Shown in pieces: positions 8,946 to 17,015 of a stretch of DNA of 48,809 nt. This stretch comes from a bacterium (GTDB lineage: Bacteria > Patescibacteriota > Minisyncoccia > Minisyncoccales > UBA10102). Each line of letters begins with the position of its first letter. Position 1 is the first letter of the stretch. Made by a program: the position numbers and the translations under genes. The stretch covers positions 1 to 48,809 of the forward strand of contig JAQBTT010000002.1 of the NCBI GenBank assembly GCA_027624865.1, in the 5' to 3' direction. Below the pieces are notes generated by a model, which saw nothing but the letters and a program-made list of their open reading frames with translations, was not told the origin of the DNA and searched no databases.

Positions 8946-10220
8946 TCAAGATATCCTCGTTATATCTGCTCCCAGTTTTTGTAATCGCTCCTCTATTCTC
9001 TCATATCCTCGGTCTACTTGATAGATGTTGCTGATGGTACTTTTTCCTTCTGCCATGAGAGCTGCCATGATAAGGGCTGCTCCTCCTCGCAAATCAAATG
9101 TACCAAGGTCGTTCCCTCTCAGCTTTGTTGGTCCATTAATAATCGCTCGGTGTGGATCAGTGAAATAAATTTCAGCTCCCATCTTGTTTAACTCCTCTAA
9201 ATACTTTAACCTTCCCTCATATAGTGGATCATGCAAGAGCGTAGAACCTTTTGTTTGGGTAGCAAGTACCCCAAGTACTGATTGCAAGTCAGATGGAATA
9301 CCAGGGTAAATTAAGCTTTGGATTTTATCTATCTTTAAATTGCGCGCTGGCAAAACCATAACATCGCCCATACCGCCTCTCCCTTCTTTCACTTCAAACT
9401 CAGCACCAAAGTCCTTTAGCTTCTTGAAAAAAAACTGCAAAAACTTTAAAGGAACATTTTTTACCAGTACTTTTCCTTGGGTTCCAATTGCCATAGTAAT
9501 AAAGGTGGCAGCCTCAATGGGATCGGAAATAATAGTGTGGGAAAATCCTTTCAAGCTCTTCTTCCCTTCAATTGTTATCTCATGAAGCCCAGAAACCCTT
9601 ATCCACGCCCCCATTTTTTTCAGTGCTAGCATTAACTCTTGCACCTGGTAATCCATGTCTGCAATTTTAATTACGATACGCTCTGATTGAGACGCACAAA
9701 AAAGGAGGAGGTTCTCTGTCCCCGTAACAGAAAACTCATTTAAAATAACCGCCTTATTCTTTGGCTTCCCTGAAAACTTCAATTCAAAGCCTTGGCGCAT
9801 AGGCCTTATTACAACACCTAGCTGACCGAAAGCATCCAAATGAGTATCTATTGGGCGTGCTCCAATAATGTCTCCTCCGGGCTTAGGAAGATATATCTTT
9901 TTAAATCTTGCTAGAAGTGGTCCATACAAAAGTACAGACCCTCGAAATCGCAACATAGCCTCTTTATTAATAGTGGCAGGGTTTAAGTTCTTTGTATTAA
10001 TTTTTACACTTCGCTTCCCCATCCATTCAACCTTGGCCTTCATACTTTCTAAGATTTCTAGCATACGAAAAACATCCTCAATTAAAGGAAGGTTTTTAAT
10101 GATGCAATCTTGTTTGGTAAGAATAGTAGCGGCTAAAATTGGAAAAGCGGCATTTTTTGCCCCCATTACATCAATCTCACCCTCTAGGCGATTTCCGCCA
10201 CGAATAAGGAATTTCTCCAT
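8946..10220 (-). CDS. murA: UDP-N-acetylglucosamine 1-carboxyvinyltransferase
   Basis: 424-aa ORF with typical MurA sequence (GAKNAAFPILAATIL...); TGA stop. Confidence 0.93.
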   Translation of the reverse strand: MEKFLIRGGNRLEGEIDVMGAKNAAFPILAATILTKQDCIIKNLPLIEDVFRMLEILESMKAKVEWMGKRSVKINTKNLNPATINKEAMLRFRGSVLLYGPLLARFKKIYLPKPGGDIIGARPIDTHLDAFGQLGVVIRPMRQGFELKFSGKPKNKAVILNEFSVTGTENLLLFCASQSERIVIKIADMDYQVQELMLALKKMGAWIRVSGLHEITIEGKKSLKGFSHTIISDPIEAATFITMAIGTQGKVLVKNVPLKFLQFFFKKLKDFGAEFEVKEGRGGMGDVMVLPARNLKIDKIQSLIYPGIPSDLQSVLGVLATQTKGSTLLHDPLYEGRLKYLEELNKMGAEIYFTDPHRAIINGPTKLRGNDLGTFDLRGGAALIMAALMAEGKSTISNIYQVDRGYERIEERLQKLGADITRIS

Positions 10221-10309
10221 AAAGTATTTCCTCTATCCTACCAAAATCTCACCATTTTGCAATAAAAATCAAAATCCGCACAACCAAATAAAAAACTAAG
10301 CCCACCTAA

Positions 10310-10342
10310 AAATATTCTATGAACTGTTCATAGAATATTTTA
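10310..10342. promoter_or_regulatory. Perfect 16+1+16 palindrome (core ATGAAC-T-GTTCAT): candidate operator and/or AT-rich terminator
   Basis: aaaatattctatgaac t gttcatagaatatttt, centred at 10326. It lies 12 nt after the TrpR-like stop and about 90 nt upstream of the murA ATG. Confidence 0.55.
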
Positions 10343-10353
10343 ACTGACAACAC

Positions 10354-10863
10354 TTATCTCTTCCGGGATGGGGTATGACGGATTGCTTGTTTCGTAAACT
10401 CCTTGCTATCTCGTTCTTGTTTTGCCTCCACTTCCTCTAAAATATTGAAAAGAAGAAATGGAAGCGGATAACGCTTTTTGACGCGCTCAAACTCACTTTC
10501 GCTTCTTGGGATCTTGGACTTTTCTTTCTGAATTCGTTTTTTTCGTTGGGTAAGAAGTCGATTGGCAACAATTTGATACCCACGCCCCCCGCCTTCTCTC
10601 TGAAATTTTCTTCGAACGGCAGTTACTGTTCCCATTCCGGTACCAGTTAGTTCTTGGATTTTTTGAGAAGAAAATCCAGCAGAGAGTAGCACAGCTATCT
10701 CTATTCTTCGCATGAACATTGCAATCTCGTCTGGGGCGAGCAAATCACGAAAAAACTCTCGCACTTCTTCTCGGGACTTCAGACAATGAACTGCATCGTA
10801 AAACTCTCCGATAAGCTGGATGCGCTGTTCCTTGGGAAGATTGTTTAAAGAGAATCTTGCCAT
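10354..10863 (-). CDS. TrpR/YerC/YecD-family DNA-binding protein
   Basis: 169-aa ORF with LLAPDEIAMFMRRIEIAVLL and an HTH (SSQKIQELTGTGMGTVTAVRR). Confidence 0.75.
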   Translation of the reverse strand: MARFSLNNLPKEQRIQLIGEFYDAVHCLKSREEVREFFRDLLAPDEIAMFMRRIEIAVLLSAGFSSQKIQELTGTGMGTVTAVRRKFQREGGGRGYQIVANRLLTQRKKRIQKEKSKIPRSESEFERVKKRYPLPFLLFNILEEVEAKQERDSKEFTKQAIRHTPSRKR

Positions 10864-10918
10864 AGTACAAAAGTATTAAAATTGATGAAATGTTAAACGA
10901 CCTTGTAAAACTACCCTC

Positions 10919-10968
10919 ACTATATCTTGCCATCCTAAATATATCAATGAACTGTTCATTGATATATT
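10919..10968 (-). promoter_or_regulatory. Candidate promoter (TTGATA-17-TATAGT) overlapped by a perfect 15+1+15 palindrome (core ATGAAC-T-GTTCAT)
   Basis: Palindrome aatatatcaatgaac t gttcattgatatatt at 10938-10968. The -35 (10942-10947) lies inside one arm and the -10 is at 10919-10924, upstream of the TrpR-like ATG. Confidence 0.5.
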
Positions 10969-11027
10969 CAAGTTATGGCATTGTTTGGCAGGGTTTATTA
11001 GGACTATCATGCTACTTTTTACAATGT

Positions 11028-11075
11028 AAAAAAAGGCGCTAGATTCTTCTTTTAGAGAAAGAAGAATCTAGCGCC
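11028..11075 (-). terminator. Intrinsic terminator after the GC-rich TPR-like gene
   Basis: Perfect 18-bp stem ggcgctagattcttcttt/aaagaagaatctagcgcc followed by T7 on the minus strand. Confidence 0.85.
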
Positions 11076-11094
11076 ATGACTCTCATATGCCCGT

Positions 11095-11823
11095 CTATAG
11101 CTGGCCAAGAAGCTTGAGGATTCGCTGATAAGCGTTCTCCAACTGCTCTCGATGGCGCGGAGTTTCTGGGTCCAGAATACACTGTTCCGCCCAGCAAAAA
11201 TACGAATCGCGAGCTGCTTCAAGCGCACCTTGTTTATCCAATAGCTGTTCAAAGACACAAGAGCGCCAGAAGTGTAACGCGCCGCGGTGATGCCAGTTGC
11301 GGTCGATACCGTATCGGACTTTTGCCATGTCCAGAAAACCAAGAGCCAGAACCAAATCGGAACTATCCTGCGGCTTTGCAAGAAAGAAGCGTCCGGCATT
11401 GTGACAAAGATTTGCCACCTCAACCATAGATTCTGTAAAGCGTGAAACGGCAAGGACAACTTCGCTGTGGGGAATGGTGCTGTCTGCGTCCCGTGCCCGA
11501 ATGACAAGTGCATTCTGGACATTCACCAGGTCTCCCAACTCATTGGCAAGTTCCTGGATTAGCATATCATCCTTGTCCCGATAGGCAGCAAGATACAGCA
11601 AACCTTCTCGGGCGAACGTTACAGGGCCGGCGGCCACAAACCACTCTCGCGCAGTTTCGTATTCGCCCTTACGGTAATGACACCAACCGCCGAGCGCATG
11701 AAGCTCTCCGATCTCCGGATCGCCTTGGGCGCACACGGCTAGCTCTTGCCCTACTGCTTCCAGACAGCGATCAAACTCGCCATTGTCATAGTAATCATTA
11801 CGTAATTGTACCGCTGTTGCCAT
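11095..11823 (-). CDS. Hypothetical helical-repeat (TPR-like) protein, compositionally foreign
   Basis: 242-aa ORF, visibly higher G+C than its flanks, with GAGGAG 7 nt upstream of the ATG and its own terminator. Confidence 0.65.
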   Translation of the reverse strand: MATAVQLRNDYYDNGEFDRCLEAVGQELAVCAQGDPEIGELHALGGWCHYRKGEYETAREWFVAAGPVTFAREGLLYLAAYRDKDDMLIQELANELGDLVNVQNALVIRARDADSTIPHSEVVLAVSRFTESMVEVANLCHNAGRFFLAKPQDSSDLVLALGFLDMAKVRYGIDRNWHHRGALHFWRSCVFEQLLDKQGALEAARDSYFCWAEQCILDPETPRHREQLENAYQRILKLLGQL

Positions 11824-11914
11824 AAGAGAACTCCTCGGGAAAGATAAAGAACTATACCTGCTGTTTTCATACCCCAGATTTTCTTTTTTGTCAAAGTGCG
11901 CTATAATGTGTCGT

Positions 11915-13306
11915 ATGACTAAACGTCAGCGTACATTACTGTTTTCCTCGCTCCTTGGTCTTTTTTTTATTCTAGCTCCCTCATTTGCTCTGTATTCACA
12001 AGGATATCGGATTGATTTTCAAGGAGCAAGAATAGCAAAGACAGGTGCTTTTTATTTTAAAGTAGCCCCCTCAAGAGCAGATGTCTTTATTGATGGAAAT
12101 TTAATGAAAAAAACGGATTTCCTCTTTGGTTCTTTGCTTACAAAAAACTTCTTCCCTGAAAGTTACTTCGTTGAGATTGTAAAGGAAGGGTATCACTCCT
12201 GGCAAAAAATCCTTACTATAGAGGAGCAGCAAGTTACCGAAGCAAAGAATATTTTGTTGTTTAAGAAGAACCCTGCATTTCAAAAGCTTGCAGATGGGGT
12301 TTTACATTTTTGGATTTCTCCAAGTAAGCAATATGCAATATTAGAGAAAGCGGGAGAGAAGAAAATGCAATTGCTCAATCTTGAAACTGGGGGCACGGAG
12401 CCCTTGAAAAGAGAAGCACACAAGGGAGATAAGATTATTAATATTACATGGGCAAAGGATTCACGCCGATTCCTGCTTCGCGCCACCAGCAAAGAACAAC
12501 TCATTTACGAGGTTTGGAATATCTCAAATAATAAGCCTTGCTTTCTTATCCCTTGCAGTCTTACATATCTTGGGGAGGATATAGGAAACGTGCAATTTTC
12601 TCCAACATCACCAGAAGAGGTACTCTTCACTAAATTTCTCAATACAACGCAGGTATTGCTTACAGCGCCATACATAGAGCAAGAAATAGCAACTCCAATT
12701 GCAAATAATATTGTAGCTTTTACTAGTTATGGAGATTTTATCTTTTGGCTCGCTAGCGATGGTACACTTTGGCAGAAAGATAGTAATGGAGGTAGCGCAC
12801 CACAAATTTTTCAAGAATCAGCTTTTTTACCAAAAAAAGAAACTGATTATGAATTGAAAGTTGTTGGCGATGCTATATTAGTAAAAGAAGATACGACACT
12901 ATTTTTGCATAAGAGAGGTGACTTGAAGCGACGTGAAATCCTTTCACCTGTCTTTGAATTTGCCATTGATTCAGGTGGCACTAAAGTGGCGCTTTACAAT
13001 CAATCGGAACTATGGGTACTCTTTTTAAAGGAAGAGACAGAGCAGCCACAGCATAATGCAGGAGAGCTAACTTTGCTTACGCGATTTGCGCAATCCCCAA
13101 AACAGATTACCTGGATTGATTCCTCCTACCTTCTCTTCAGCTTAGAGAATATATTGCGTAACGTTGAAATTGACATAAGAGGCAGTCTAAACGTTGTAGA
13201 TATTGCCTCATTCCCCTCTCCAGAATTCTTTTGGAACAACGAAAAAGGCACCCTCTATATCTTAAGCAAGGGTGCCTTCTCTGTTTCCGAACAACTCGTA
13301 CGCTAG
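11915..13306 (+). CDS. Membrane-anchored protein with a PEGA-like domain and a beta-rich C-terminal region
   Basis: The ORF-track start at 11888 is TTG; the ATG at 11915 gives MTKRQRTLLFSSLLGLFFIL (signal anchor). Contains ADVFIDGN...VEIVKEGYHSW (PEGA-like). TATAAT at 11902-11907. Confidence 0.7.
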   Translation: MTKRQRTLLFSSLLGLFFILAPSFALYSQGYRIDFQGARIAKTGAFYFKVAPSRADVFIDGNLMKKTDFLFGSLLTKNFFPESYFVEIVKEGYHSWQKILTIEEQQVTEAKNILLFKKNPAFQKLADGVLHFWISPSKQYAILEKAGEKKMQLLNLETGGTEPLKREAHKGDKIINITWAKDSRRFLLRATSKEQLIYEVWNISNNKPCFLIPCSLTYLGEDIGNVQFSPTSPEEVLFTKFLNTTQVLLTAPYIEQEIATPIANNIVAFTSYGDFIFWLASDGTLWQKDSNGGSAPQIFQESAFLPKKETDYELKVVGDAILVKEDTTLFLHKRGDLKRREILSPVFEFAIDSGGTKVALYNQSELWVLFLKEETEQPQHNAGELTLLTRFAQSPKQITWIDSSYLLFSLENILRNVEIDIRGSLNVVDIASFPSPEFFWNNEKGTLYILSKGAFSVSEQLVR

Positions 13307-13307
13307 G

Positions 13308-13602
13308 TTACCGTTTCCTCCAATGCCGAGTCGCTTGGCTCCATTAAAATGTTCGCCTGCGCTCCTTAAAACCCCTCGGTTTTAATATTTCCGCCACGGG
13401 AAAGAATACTTCTCTCCCGACCCCTCTCTAGACAGTGTCGAAAGCTATCGCTTCCTCCACTGTCTAGTCGCTTGGCTCCATTAAAATGTTCGCCTGCGCT
13501 CCTTAAAACCCCTCGGTTTTAATATTTCCGCCACGGGGAGATACCCAATCTCCCCGACCCCCTCTGTGCAGACAGTGTCAGAAACTACCGTTTCCTCCAC
13601 TG
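13308..13602. repeat. Family G element: two tandem 137-bp units plus three copies of the rpsI 3' end
   Basis: Units 13329-13465 and 13466-13602 share 72 identical nt and then diverge in a hairpin. rpsI-end copies lie at 13308-13325, 13445-13465 and 13585-13602 (the real one). Confidence 0.85.
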
Positions 13603-14070
13603 TCTTGCTCTTCGAGCTCTTTTGAGTCCAAACTTCTTACGCTCGCGCATACGAGGATCTCTTGTGAGGAACTTTAGAGTTTTCATAGAGTCTCGCATCG
13701 CGGCGTCCCATTCTACGAGAACACGGGCCAACCCATGACGCACTGCCTCTGCTTGTGCTCTCATTCCACCACCGCGTACAACAATGCTTACATCAAATGT
13801 TTTTCCATCAGCCCCTCTTTCAAGGGCCTCCTTTGCGATAACCTGATACTCTTTGTCCTGAAAGTAGTCTTCAAAAGATTTTTGATTTACAACAAAACTA
13901 GTTTTCTTTGCATCCTTAATACGTATCCTGGCGACAGCAGTCTTTCTTCGCCCTGTTGCTTGCCAATATTTCCCCTCCACTTTTTTGGAAATTTCTTTTG
14001 CGCCAGCAAGAGCTTTAGCTTTTACTGCTTTTGGGGGATTTTTCTTTTTTACGATTTCTTTTTCTGCCAT
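13585..14070 (-). CDS. rpsI: Ribosomal protein uS9 (Lys-rich N-terminal extension)
   Basis: GRRKTAVARIRI...RKKFGLKRARRARQWRKR; the start at MAEKE (14070) is 4 nt after the rplM stop. Confidence 0.93.
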   Translation of the reverse strand: MAEKEIVKKKNPPKAVKAKALAGAKEISKKVEGKYWQATGRRKTAVARIRIKDAKKTSFVVNQKSFEDYFQDKEYQVIAKEALERGADGKTFDVSIVVRGGGMRAQAEAVRHGLARVLVEWDAAMRDSMKTLKFLTRDPRMRERKKFGLKRARRARQWRKR

Positions 14071-14074
14071 GGTA

Positions 14075-14428
14075 TTACAGCTCAATCTTCAGTCTCGTTA
14101 TTTGTCTTGCTCGTAATTTGTTTATAGGCATCATCCCATATACTGCTTTTCGCAATACCTCTTCGGGTTGCTCATCAAAAAACTTTTTCAGTGTGCGCTC
14201 TTTCAAACTTCCCAAGTATCCTGAATGCCGGAAATACTGCTTTTGATCAAGCTTTTTTCCAGTAAAATGAATTCTTTTGAAGTTTTGAACTGTCACAAAA
14301 TCCCCTACATCTTTGTGCGGAGCAAAATCCCCTTTCGTTCTTCCACGAAGAAGGTTTGCAACTTCCACTGCCAAGCGTCCCAATGGACGTCCCTGTGCAT
14401 TTATAATATGATTTTCACGTTGCTCCAT
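14075..14428 (-). CDS. rplM: Ribosomal protein uL13
   Basis: 117-aa ORF (GRLAVEVANLLRGR...), upstream of rpsI. Confidence 0.93.
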   Translation of the reverse strand: MEQRENHIINAQGRPLGRLAVEVANLLRGRTKGDFAPHKDVGDFVTVQNFKRIHFTGKKLDQKQYFRHSGYLGSLKERTLKKFFDEQPEEVLRKAVYGMMPINKLRARQITRLKIEL

Positions 14429-14434
14429 GATAGA

Positions 14435-14782
14435 TTATACAAGTTCAATAATTGCAAGTTTAGCTGAGTCTGATTTTCGTGGTCTGCGCTTTATAATTCG
14501 GGTGTATCCTCCTTGCCTCGCCATGTACCGCGGTGCTACCTCATCTACGAGTTTCTTTGCTCCCTCTTCTCCCAGGAGCGCTGTTAAATACCTTCTGTGA
14601 GCAACGCCACCTATCTTTGCTCTTGTAATGATCTTTTCCGCTAAAGGAGAGATATCCTTTGCCTTTGCCTCTGTTGTTTCAATCTTTTCTGCAAGTATTA
14701 AAGAACGGAGCAAGCTTCTCTGCAATGCTTTCCTTGGTCCCGCCTTGCGAGACAGTGTTCTTTTTTTAACTCGCTTTTTCAC
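14435..14782 (-). CDS. rplQ: Ribosomal protein bL17
   Basis: 115-aa ORF (GGYTRIIKRRPRKSD); GTG start abutting repeat C1. Confidence 0.92.
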   Translation of the reverse strand: MKKRVKKRTLSRKAGPRKALQRSLLRSLILAEKIETTEAKAKDISPLAEKIITRAKIGGVAHRRYLTALLGEEGAKKLVDEVAPRYMARQGGYTRIIKRRPRKSDSAKLAIIELV

Positions 14783-14916
14783 CCCAGTACTAGAAATTAG
14801 ACTTCTCCAGAAGTGCGATATATGCGACCATTGTTGATGTTTTGCTTGATGATTTCATAATAGATTAAATGTTATATTTTTGCGAGAGACAGCACTGTCT
14901 AATTTTCAGTACGGGG
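14782..14916. mobile_element. MITE-like element, family C (copy C1)
   Basis: Terminal inverted repeats ccccagtactagaaattagac / gtctaattttcagtacgggg. Flanked by TTCA on both sides, and the proximal copy forms part of the rplQ start codon. Confidence 0.7.
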
Positions 14917-14964
14917 TTCATTAATTTTCTTTAAAAATCAAGGTTCTTGCCATAGGCAAGGTTC

Positions 14965-15744
14965 TTATTTCTTCTTTGCGGTCTTTTTTGCTGCTGGCTT
15001 CTTTTTTACAGGAACTTTCTTTGCTTTTTGCTTTTTTTCTTCTGCTGGCTCACCCACGTCATCTTTCAAGCCACTTTGAACGATTTGGAATTGACCTACA
15101 AGAATACCTGAAGCTTCTTTTAGAGCAGCTTCTGGATTTACCGTACCATCAGTTTCAATCTCCAAGATAAGGCGATCAAAGTCAGTTCTATCTCCAACAC
15201 GCATTTGCTCTACGCGATAGCTCACTCTCCTTATTGGAGTGTAGATAGAATCCATAGCAATGCTCCCAATTTCTGTCTTGCCTCTCCCGCGACTTTCTGC
15301 TGACTCATACCCTACACCTCGGCCAATTTGTACCTCAATATCAAGCTCAGATGCTTTATCAGTGAGACTTGCAACGGGAGCATCTTTACTTGCAACTTCA
15401 ACCTGACTTGGAGTCTTAAAGTCTCTTGCTGTCACCACTTTTACTCCCTTTATTTTCAATGATGCGGTAAATGGACCATCTCCAAATACTCGAAAACGAA
15501 CCTGCTTTAAGTTTAAAAGAATCCCAAGGACATCTTCCTTAATGCCAGAGATTGTTGCAAACTCATGAGAAGCTCCTTTTATCTTTACCTCAGTGATAGC
15601 AGCACCCCCTAAAGAAGATAAAAGAACTCTTCGCAAGCTATTCCCTAATGTTGTGCCATATCCTGGGTATAGGGATTCAATCTCAAAAACTCCTCTGTTG
15701 TCTCCGTTTGATACGATCTTTGTTGTTTTAGAAAATGGAATCAT
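14965..15744 (-). CDS. rpoA: RNA polymerase alpha subunit: NTD only, with a Lys-rich tail replacing the CTD
   Basis: 259-aa ORF. The NTD is recognisable (GYGTTLGNSLRRVLLSS). It ends in EEKKQKAKKVPVKKKPAAKKTAKKK with no alpha-CTD-length sequence. Confidence 0.9.
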   Translation of the reverse strand: MIPFSKTTKIVSNGDNRGVFEIESLYPGYGTTLGNSLRRVLLSSLGGAAITEVKIKGASHEFATISGIKEDVLGILLNLKQVRFRVFGDGPFTASLKIKGVKVVTARDFKTPSQVEVASKDAPVASLTDKASELDIEVQIGRGVGYESAESRGRGKTEIGSIAMDSIYTPIRRVSYRVEQMRVGDRTDFDRLILEIETDGTVNPEAALKEASGILVGQFQIVQSGLKDDVGEPAEEKKQKAKKVPVKKKPAAKKTAKKK

Positions 15745-15774
15745 GCGAAAATAAATTTATTTATTTATTTGAGC

Positions 15775-15876
15775 ACCCCGCCCTCTATGCAGTTGGACAG
15801 AATGCTTATTTTTTACTTTTCACTCTACACTAAAACATACTTCATGCCCTTTGTAAATATGCAGAGAGGGCGGGGT
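15775..15876. repeat. GC-clamped hairpin repeat, family B (copy B2)
   Basis: accccgccctctatgca...tgcagagagggcggggt; followed on the mRNA by the shared leader gctcaaataaataaataaatttattttcgc-ATG(rpoA). Confidence 0.85.
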
Positions 15877-15893
15877 AACTCGGCGCTACCTCG

Positions 15894-16418
15894 TTATCTT
15901 GAATAAAATTCAAATATTAATGATACTTCGACTGAAGGCGCAACTTGCTCAAATGAAGGAAATTGTAAAATAGTAACTTCAGGTTTTTCCTTATCAAGTG
16001 TCATCCATGCGGGAGCCTCATACTTCTTCATCCCAAGCAATGTGTTCTTAAATAAAGTTCTTTGGAGTGATGCTGTGCGAACGGTAATAACATCCCCTTT
16101 CTTTACTTCATAGGAAGGAATATCCACCTTCTTGCCATTTACCTTAAAATGACCGTGCGTGACCATTTGACGAGATTGCTTGCGCGTTGGGGCAAAGCCA
16201 GCGCGATACACAACGTTATCTAATCTTCGCTCAAGTTTCTGCAAAAAAAGCTCTGGAGAATCGCCATGGGCGCTCTTTTCCAATGCTGCCTTAACATACC
16301 CCTTAAACTGCTTTTCTCGAAGGTTATACTGACCTTTTAAGTCCTGCTTCTCTGCAAGTTGCTTTCCATATTCAGACTGCGGGCTAGGCCGTCGTTTTCG
16401 CATTACTCCCTTTTGCAT
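15894..16418 (-). CDS. rpsD: Ribosomal protein uS4 (N-terminal about 40 aa of canonical S4 absent)
   Basis: 174-aa ORF (LERRLDNVVYRAGFAPTRKQSRQMVTHGH); alignment to E. coli S4 begins near residue 45. Confidence 0.9.
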   Translation of the reverse strand: MQKGVMRKRRPSPQSEYGKQLAEKQDLKGQYNLREKQFKGYVKAALEKSAHGDSPELFLQKLERRLDNVVYRAGFAPTRKQSRQMVTHGHFKVNGKKVDIPSYEVKKGDVITVRTASLQRTLFKNTLLGMKKYEAPAWMTLDKEKPEVTILQFPSFEQVAPSVEVSLIFEFYSR

Positions 16419-16427
16419 ATGTATAGG

Positions 16428-16856
16428 TTACACTCTTCTTACTTTTTTCTTTCGTGGTCCATTATGTGGGATTGGTGTTAAATCTAAAATGGTCTGGATT
16501 TCAAAACCTCTTGCTCCCAATGAGCGCAATGCAGACTCTCTTCCTGGGCCAATGCCTCGCAAAGTAATAGTAACCTTCTCTACCCCTCGCGCCTTTGCAA
16601 CATCTGCCAAGGATTCTGCTACCTTGGAAGCTGCAAATGGTGTAGACTTTTTTGTTCCCTTAAATCCAACTGTGCCAGCTGATGTACTATACACAACATT
16701 CCCCTGTGTGTCGGCTAAAGCAATAATAGTGTTGTTGTATGAGGAGAAGATATTTATCCTACCCTCAAGAAACGTACGCCCCTTTGCTGGAATACGCACT
16801 GCTGTGGCATTTGAGCCAGAACTACCTCCTTTTTTAATAACTCGTTTCTTTCCCAT
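16428..16856 (-). CDS. rpsK: Ribosomal protein uS11
   Basis: 142-aa ORF (GFKGTKKSTPFAA...GPGRESALRSL). Confidence 0.94.
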   Translation of the reverse strand: MGKKRVIKKGGSSGSNATAVRIPAKGRTFLEGRINIFSSYNNTIIALADTQGNVVYSTSAGTVGFKGTKKSTPFAASKVAESLADVAKARGVEKVTITLRGIGPGRESALRSLGARGFEIQTILDLTPIPHNGPRKKKVRRV

Positions 16857-17015
16857 AATGCTTTTACTTCGTAAAAGAAACTCGAAATTCGAATATCGAA
16901 ATACGAAACAAATTAGAAATTCTAAATTCTAATTTTCTAACCTGTTTTGAATTTTGTATTTTGGTCATTAGTATTTGTTTAGGATTTCGGATTTCGTGCT
17001 TCGGATTTCCCACCG
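16857..17015. repeat. AT-rich heptamer-periodic hairpin spacer, family D (copy D1)
   Basis: Homologous over most of its length to 44171-44313 (cgaaattcgaatatcgaaat...ggatttcggatttcgtgcttcgg). Ends with the hairpin cttttac-ttc-gtaaaag 4 nt from the rpsK ATG. Confidence 0.8.

Noticed and set aside
11052-11522. An alternative-frame 156-aa ORF lies inside the GC-rich gene
   Set aside because: It is shorter and has no SD. It is embedded in the longer 242-aa frame, which has an SD and a terminator. Open alternative frames are typical of GC-rich DNA.
13308-13602. Tandem direct repeats here and at 26218-26493 could be a CRISPR array
   Set aside because: The units are 137 and 92 bp, directly abutting or mosaic. 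There is no alternation of 25-40 bp repeats with unique spacers, and no cas genes are in the window.
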